Below, in pieces: positions 58,298 to 64,000 of a stretch of 64,000 bases of DNA; within the stretch, counting starts at the first letter, position 1, and every line of letters starts with the position of its first letter. The notes under the pieces are model-generated. The model was not told the origin of the DNA. It worked only from the letters and a program-made list of their open reading frames with translations, and ran no database searches. The DNA is from Calditrichia bacterium. GTDB lineage: Bacteria; Calditrichota; Calditrichia; JAJRVZ01. The translations under genes were made by a program, and so were the position numbers. The DNA is taken from contig CAVZSQ010000027.1 in assembly GCA_963777955.1 (NCBI GenBank), forward strand, positions 22,603 to 86,602. Reading direction: 5' to 3'.

Positions 58298-60785
58298 ATG
58301 AAAGTATTAAAATTTGGCGGCACCTCCGTCGGAAATCCTGAAAGAGTTTCCGGCGTGCTGAAGATCCTGGCGAACAGAATCAGAACGGAAAAGCGAATGA
58401 GCGTTGTCTTCTCGGCCTATGCCGGGATAACCGACCAGTTGATCCGGCTGGGAACATCAGCCGCACAAAGTAATGCTGCGTACTCACAAGTTTTCAAAGA
58501 TCTTGAACAGCGGCATCTGGAAATGGTCAAAGCCTTAATTTCAGTCAAAAATCAAAGCGGTGTGCTGGCCGCCGTCAAAATCAGTTTGAATGAGTTGGAA
58601 GAAATTCTGCAGGGTGTTTACCTGGTCAAAGAACTGACTGCTAAAACTTTGGATTATATCATGAGTTTTGGCGAAAGGCTTTCAGCTTTCACCATCAGTG
58701 AAGCGCTTAAGGATCAGGGCCTGGCCAATACCTATATTGACAGCCGCAATATCATCAAAACGGATAATAATTTCGGCAGAGCCAGGGTTCATTTTAAAGA
58801 AACGCAGGACTGTATAAATAAATATATCAGTAAAAGGCAGACCTCAACGGCCGGGGCCACCGCAGGTCTCTTTGTGATAACCGGTTTTATCGGTTCGACG
58901 AGCAATAATGAAACCACTACCCTGGGTCGCGGAGGCTCCGATTACAGCGCGTCAGTTATCGGTGCTGCTTTGAATGCTGAAGAAATTGAGATCTGGACGG
59001 ATGTGGATGGTGTATTAACCGCCGATCCGGGGAAAGTAAAAAATGCTTTTCCTATCGACTATCTGACTTATGAAGAAGCGATGGAAATGTCGCATTTCGG
59101 AGCCAAGGTAATTTATCCCCCGACCATGCAGCCGGCTTTGAACAAAAATATTCCGCTGCGCGTAAAGAATACACTCAATCCCGATTTTAACGGCAGTGTG
59201 ATCAGTAAACAGAAAAAAGCCAGTTCCTATTTAATCAAGGGTATTTCTTCCATCGATGAGATTGCCCTGGTACAGATTCAGGGCAGCGGTCTGATCGGTA
59301 TCGCCGGTATTGCGGGACGGGTCTTCAGCGCCCTGGCCAGGGAAAAAATAAATGTAATCCTGATCTCGCAGGCCTCCTCGGAACATTCCATTTGCCTGGC
59401 CATCAGACCCGAACATCAACAGCTGGCCCGCAAAGCCCTGGAAGAAGAATTCAGGTATGAATTGAAAGCAAACGAGGTCAGCGCGATAACCATTGAAAAC
59501 GATCTGACCATCCTGGCCGTGGTCGGCGAAAACATGCGGCATACCAGGGGAATAGCCGGAAAAGTTTTTAAGTCTCTGGGCAATAACAATATTAATATCT
59601 CCGCAATTGCCCAGGGTTCATCGGAATTGAATATTTCCATGGTGATCGCCAGAAAGGATGAGGTCAAGGCCCTGAATGTGTTGCACGAGGCTTTCTTTTC
59701 GTCCGGCCGCAGGATTTTAAATCTTTTTCTGGTTGGAACCGGACTGATCGGTAAGACGCTCCTGTCCCAGTTGAATAAGCAGCAGAAGACACTGGCTAAG
59801 GATTACCGCCTGGTGGTAAGTCTGATCGGTCTGGCCGATATTGAGCAGATGGTCTTCGACAAGCAGGGGATTGCTCTCAGCGGCTGGGAGGAGATCTTAC
59901 GACACCGGCAGTCCGGGCGTAAAACCGACCTGAATAAGTTCGTGGCGGAAATGAAAAGTTATAATTTACCCAATAGCGTATTCATCGACTGCACCATGGC
60001 CGATGCCGGTGGTGGATAAATATCCGGAAATTCTGGAATCTTCAATTTCCATCGTTACTCCGAACAAGAAAGCCAATGCCCGCAAGTATCCCTACTATAA
60101 AAAATTGCGGGAGTATTGCGCAAAATATGATACACACTTTTTTTATGAAACGAATGTAGGAGCCGCTTTACCCATAATTACTACAATGAAGGATCTGCTG
60201 GCCAGTGGTGACCGGGTGGTTAAAATAGAAGGTATTCTTTCGGGGACGCTGAGTTACATCTTCAATACTTTCAGCGGGCGCCAGCCCTTCAGCACTGTGC
60301 TAAGGCAGGCCAACGAGCAGGGGTATACCGAACCGGATCCGCGGGAAGATCTCAGCGGCCAGGATGTGGGGCGTAAACTTTTAATTCTGGCACGCGAAGC
60401 CGGGTATACACTGGAGCTGTCCGATATTAAAATTGAAAATTTGATTCCAAAACAACTGCGCCAGCTCAAGACAGTCGATGAGTTTTTTAGAAAATTACCG
60501 CAATATGATGCTTTCTTTGAAGCCAGGAGAGTTGCCGCGAGCAAGCAGGGCATGGTTTTACGGTATGTGGCCCGCTTTGAAAATAGCAGAGCAGAGATTG
60601 GCTTGACCGCAGTGGATAGCAGTCATCCTTTTTACAACCTGAGCGGCAGTGATAACATCATTGTCATTTATACAAATTATTATACGGTCAGTCCATTGAT
60701 TATACGCGGGCCGGGCGCCGGTGCTGAGGTCACCGCCGCAGGTGTATTGGCGGATATTTTAAAAGTTGCCAACTTCGTAAGTTGA
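58298..60785 (+). CDS. thrA: Bifunctional aspartokinase / homoserine dehydrogenase, interrupted by a +1 frameshift near 60000-60015.
   Basis: Aspartokinase (KFGGTSVG...) plus ACT domains in ORF 58298..60019. Homoserine dehydrogenase (VTPNKKA, NVGAALPII, GILSGTLSYIFN) in ORF 60003..60785. The junction FIDCTMAD | VVDKYPEILESSISIVTPNKKA is collinear with E. coli ThrA. Confidence 0.85.
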
Positions 60786-60795
60786 AAGTAAAGAT

Positions 60796-61593
60796 GTGAA
60801 CCGTTTAACCATCGTAAAAATCGGGGGGGAGGTTTTAGATAATCCCCAGCGGTTAAGCCGGAGTTTGCAAACATTCGCCGCCATCGCGGGTGATAAGATA
60901 TTGGTTCATGGCGGCGGCAGGACCGCTTCTGAAATGTGTGTAAAACTGGGCTTGACTCCCAGGTTTGTCCAGGGCCGCCGGATTACCGATGCTGCTACAC
61001 TCACGGTCGTGCAGATGGTATATGCGGGATTGCTGAATAAAAATATTGTGGGTGAACTGCAGATGTCGGGTTGTAATGCCCTGGGTCTGTCCGGTGCTGA
61101 TGCCAACATGATTCTGGCCGTCAGGCGTACTGCTGCTGAAATTGATTATGGATTCGCCGGAGATATCAAAGAGATAAACAGTACCATGCTTGGTAAGATT
61201 TTAAAATTAGGACTTTGTCCGGTCTTTTGTCCGTTGACCCATGATGGCCATAATCAGTTTCTGAACACCAATGCCGACACTATTGCTGCCCGGCTGGGCT
61301 CTGCTTTGGCAGATTCTTTTAACGTAGAAATAATATTCTGTTTTGCAAAAAAAGGTGTTCTGGAAAATGAACTTGATGAAAATACACTTATCCCCAGAAT
61401 AACCGAAGAATCATTCCGGCAGTTGCTGCAACGGGGTGTAATTAAGGATGGTATGATTCCTAAACTTGAGAATGCTTTCAGGGCACTGTCGGACGGGGTT
61501 AAAAAGATTTATATTATCCACGCGGAGGCCCTGGCTCAGGTAACATCAGGGGTGGCGGCTGAACCTGCAGGAACCGTAATTACACTGAAATAG
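60796..61593 (+). CDS. argB: N-acetylglutamate kinase.
   Basis: Amino-acid kinase family with a GTG start (VKIGGEV..., HGGG, GLSGADA). Confidence 0.85.
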   Translation: MNRLTIVKIGGEVLDNPQRLSRSLQTFAAIAGDKILVHGGGRTASEMCVKLGLTPRFVQGRRITDAATLTVVQMVYAGLLNKNIVGELQMSGCNALGLSGADANMILAVRRTAAEIDYGFAGDIKEINSTMLGKILKLGLCPVFCPLTHDGHNQFLNTNADTIAARLGSALADSFNVEIIFCFAKKGVLENELDENTLIPRITEESFRQLLQRGVIKDGMIPKLENAFRALSDGVKKIYIIHAEALAQVTSGVAAEPAGTVITLK

Positions 61594-61623
61594 TTACTCC
61601 TGCACCCAAACCGGTAATAACTA

Positions 61624-62691
61624 ATGGAAACCAGGTATTTAAAAGAACAGGCCTTGAATTTATTACAGCAACTGGTTGCTACGCCCTCGTTGAGCAGGGA
61701 AGAAGCAGGAACCGCCGCGCTTATGGAAAAATTTATTACCGGACAGGGGCTCACACCGCAGCGAAAGTTCAATAATCTGTGGCTGCGCAATAATTATTAT
61801 TCTGAGCAGAAACCTACATTATTGCTGAACTCTCACCATGACACAGTGAAGCCCAATAACGGCTGGACCATTGATCCTTTTCAGCCGGTTGTTAAAGACG
61901 GCAAATTGTTCGGCCTGGGCTGCAATGATGCCGGGGCTTCGCTGGTTTCGCTGCTGGTAACTTTTATATATTTTCATGACCGCCAGGATCTGAAATACAA
62001 TATTGTTTTCAGCGCCACTGCTGAAGAGGAGAGTTCCGGTAAGAATGGGATTCGCTCCATTCTGGATGATATCGGCAAAATTGATTTTGCCCTGGTAGGC
62101 GAACCGACGGGAATGCAGTTGTCGGTTGCTGAAAAGGGCCTGCTGGTGCTCCGCTGCAAGGCCAACGGAATTTCAGGACATGCTGCCCGGGATGTAGGCC
62201 GCAATGCTATCCTGGCTGCCTTTAAGGATATTCAATGGTTCAGTACCTTCCAGTTTCCCATTATTTCCGAAATGCTGGGACCGGTGAAAATGACCGTGAC
62301 CATGATCGAAGGGGGTATCCAGCATAACGTAATTCCCGACAGTTGTCAGTTTACTGTTGATATCCGTACCACCGATTGTTATTCCAGTGATGAGATCCTG
62401 GATATTATCAGGAAAAATATTTCCTCGGAAATCGTGACCTGCTCCTTGAATCTCAGGGCTTCCTATGCTCCCGGGGATCATGCATTTGTCAACTGTGCCC
62501 GTCAGTTGGGAATTTCTACTTTCGGTTCACCAACCTTGTCTGACCGTACATTTATCGAAGCCCCTTCGGTCAAGATCGGGCCCGGCCGCTCGGAAAGATC
62601 CCATACTGCTGATGAGTATGTTTTTCTGGCCGAGGTCGAGCAGGGCATCGATACCTACATTCGCCTGATCGATAAATTTGTATCAGCGTAA
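61624..62691 (+). CDS. argE: M20-family deacylase (acetylornithine deacetylase ArgE-like / DapE-like).
   Basis: M20 metal-binding blocks (SHHDTV, GCNDAGAS, EEESSG, GEPTG). It sits between argB and argH. Confidence 0.7.
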   Translation: METRYLKEQALNLLQQLVATPSLSREEAGTAALMEKFITGQGLTPQRKFNNLWLRNNYYSEQKPTLLLNSHHDTVKPNNGWTIDPFQPVVKDGKLFGLGCNDAGASLVSLLVTFIYFHDRQDLKYNIVFSATAEEESSGKNGIRSILDDIGKIDFALVGEPTGMQLSVAEKGLLVLRCKANGISGHAARDVGRNAILAAFKDIQWFSTFQFPIISEMLGPVKMTVTMIEGGIQHNVIPDSCQFTVDIRTTDCYSSDEILDIIRKNISSEIVTCSLNLRASYAPGDHAFVNCARQLGISTFGSPTLSDRTFIEAPSVKIGPGRSERSHTADEYVFLAEVEQGIDTYIRLIDKFVSA

Positions 62692-62761
62692 AATTGCAAA
62701 TTTTAAATAAAAAGTGGAAATTAAAGTAAAATATAAATTTGATGATAAAGAGCAAGCGGAT

Positions 62762-64000
62762 GCACAAAAGTAAACAAAGCACTAAACTCTGGGATCTGGG
62801 CCGCCAGGTCTCCGGCAGGATCGAAAAATTTACTGCCGGCAGCGACCGGCACCTGGATGTTCAACTGGCCGAATTCGATATTCTCGGTACACTGGCCCAT
62901 GTCGTTATGCTGCATTCGGTAAACTTACTGTCGAAGCAGGAATTGGGCCGGTTAAAAAGTGAATTAAAAAAATTATACCGGCTGGCCAGACAGGATCGGA
63001 TCAAAATTGATGAACATGTGGAAGATATCCATACCCAGATAGAAATAATTCTAACCCGCCGCCTGGGTGAAACCGGGAAGAAAATACATCAGGGCCGCTC
63101 GCGGAACGATCAGGTACTGGTCGATATTAAAATGTATGTCCGTGAGCAGATAAAAGAACTGGTCACGCAGGTCAAACTGGTTTTCGATTTATTGTTGTCT
63201 TTAAGTGAAAAATACCGGCAGGTACTGCTGCCCGGATATACTCATCTCCAGGCGGCCATGCCCTCGTCATTTGGACTGTGGTTTGCTGCCTATGCCGAGA
63301 GTCTGGTCGATGATCTGATTATGCTGCAGGCAGCTTACCGGATAGTCAATAAGAATCCGCTGGGCTCAGCCGCAGGTTACGGATCATCCTTCCCGATAGA
63401 TCGCAAGCTTACCGGCAGGCTGCTCGGTTTTGCCGATCTGAATTATAATTCAGTATATGCACAGATGTCCCGGGGAAAAACGGAGCGGATTGTCAGCCAG
63501 GCCCTGGCTTCGCTGGCTGCAACGATTGCCAAACTGAGCATGGATATTACCCTGTACTTATCGCAGAATTTTGCTTTTATTTCTTTTCCTGATCAGCTGC
63601 TGACCGGTTCCAGTATTATGCCGCACAAAAAAAATCCGGATGTTTTCGAATTGATCCGGGCCAGGTGCAACCGCATCCAGGCCTTACCTTTTGAAATCAG
63701 CCTGATCACCGGTAATTTGCCCTCCGGTTATCACCGCGATCTGCAAATGCTCAAGGAGCGTTTCCTGCCGTCATTCGCTGAAATGATTGAAAACCTGCAG
63801 ATGCTGTGTTACATGCTGGAACATATCGAAGTAAATAAAGATATATTAAAGGATGATCGCTATAAATATATCTACAGCGTCGAAGCAGTGCTCCAGGAAG
63901 TAGTAAAAGGAATGGCTTTCCGTGACGCATACAGCAGTGTAAGCCGGCAGATCAAACAGGGTAAATTCAAAGCACCTGAACAGGTATCTTACACCCATGT
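62762..64000 (+). CDS. argH: Argininosuccinate lyase (3' end beyond the window).
   Basis: Read directly from the sequence; it is not in the ORF track because no stop falls within the window. Fumarate-lyase signature GSSIMPHKKNPD and GRSRNDQV are present. The frame is open from the ATG at 62762 to the window end. Confidence 0.85.

Noticed and set aside
1-64000. Considered whether the window is a prophage, ICE or other mobile element given many small hypothetical genes
   Set aside because: No integrase, transposase, relaxase, terminase or capsid genes were recognised. Housekeeping genes (radA, miaB, asd, thrABC, arg genes) are distributed throughout. The only duplication is the local Bor-like inverted repeat.

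Overview
This 64 kb window is a chromosomal core segment from an FCB-group (Bacteroidota/Ignavibacteriota-like) bacterium. Evidence for that placement: two secreted proteins end in type IX secretion C-terminal sorting domains, a GNAT gene sits inside an arginine cluster as in the Bacteroidetes-type arginine pathway, and there is a GltS-type glutamate symporter. Unlike Bacteroides, most genes have clear Shine-Dalgarno sequences.

Gene content from left to right:
- **Carbohydrate catabolism (0.7-8.1 kb):** a mannobiose/mannan cassette (AGE-family epimerase, GH130 mannosylglucose phosphorylase, Na+/solute symporter) fused to araB-araD and a HAD phosphatase.
- **Peptidases and secreted proteins:** M24 and M2 peptidases, and two secreted proteins with T9SS sorting domains.
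- **Redox/thiol module:** ECF sigma factor, zinc-binding (ZAS) anti-sigma factor, thioredoxin, TlpA-like oxidoreductase.
- **Replication/tRNA modification:** radA, MtaB-like and MiaB radical-SAM methylthiotransferases.
- **Outer-membrane and signalling genes:** a patatin-Omp85 (PlpD-like, type Vd) lipase, a PilZ protein with a PAS/zinc-ribbon protein, a CsgG-like plus DUF799-like lipoprotein pair.
- **Envelope-stress module:** ECF sigma, two LTXXQ (Spy/CpxP-like) proteins and a histidine kinase.
- **Transport:** POT-family peptide transporter, GltS.
- **Putative electron-transfer locus (37.7-42.1 kb):** di-heme cytochrome c peroxidase, then a fused mono-heme cytochrome/beta-barrel protein (Cyc2-like), a cold-shock protein and a TAT-exported Rieske protein.
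- **Regulators and small genes:** a PAS-PP2C phosphatase, an inverted duplication of a Bor-like lipoprotein gene, tRNA-Asn with a small-gene island.
- **Amino-acid biosynthesis supercluster (51.7-64 kb):** asd, thrB, thrC, GNAT, argG, argC, thrA, argB, argE-like, argH.

Two features recur across the window:
- At least 18 single-base frameshifts interrupt otherwise well-conserved genes. This most likely reflects indel errors in the assembly.
- A dispersed family of tandem heptanucleotide repeats (TTGGAAT/ATTCCAA and relatives) sits immediately downstream of several stop codons.

No integrase, transposase, CRISPR array or rRNA gene was seen.
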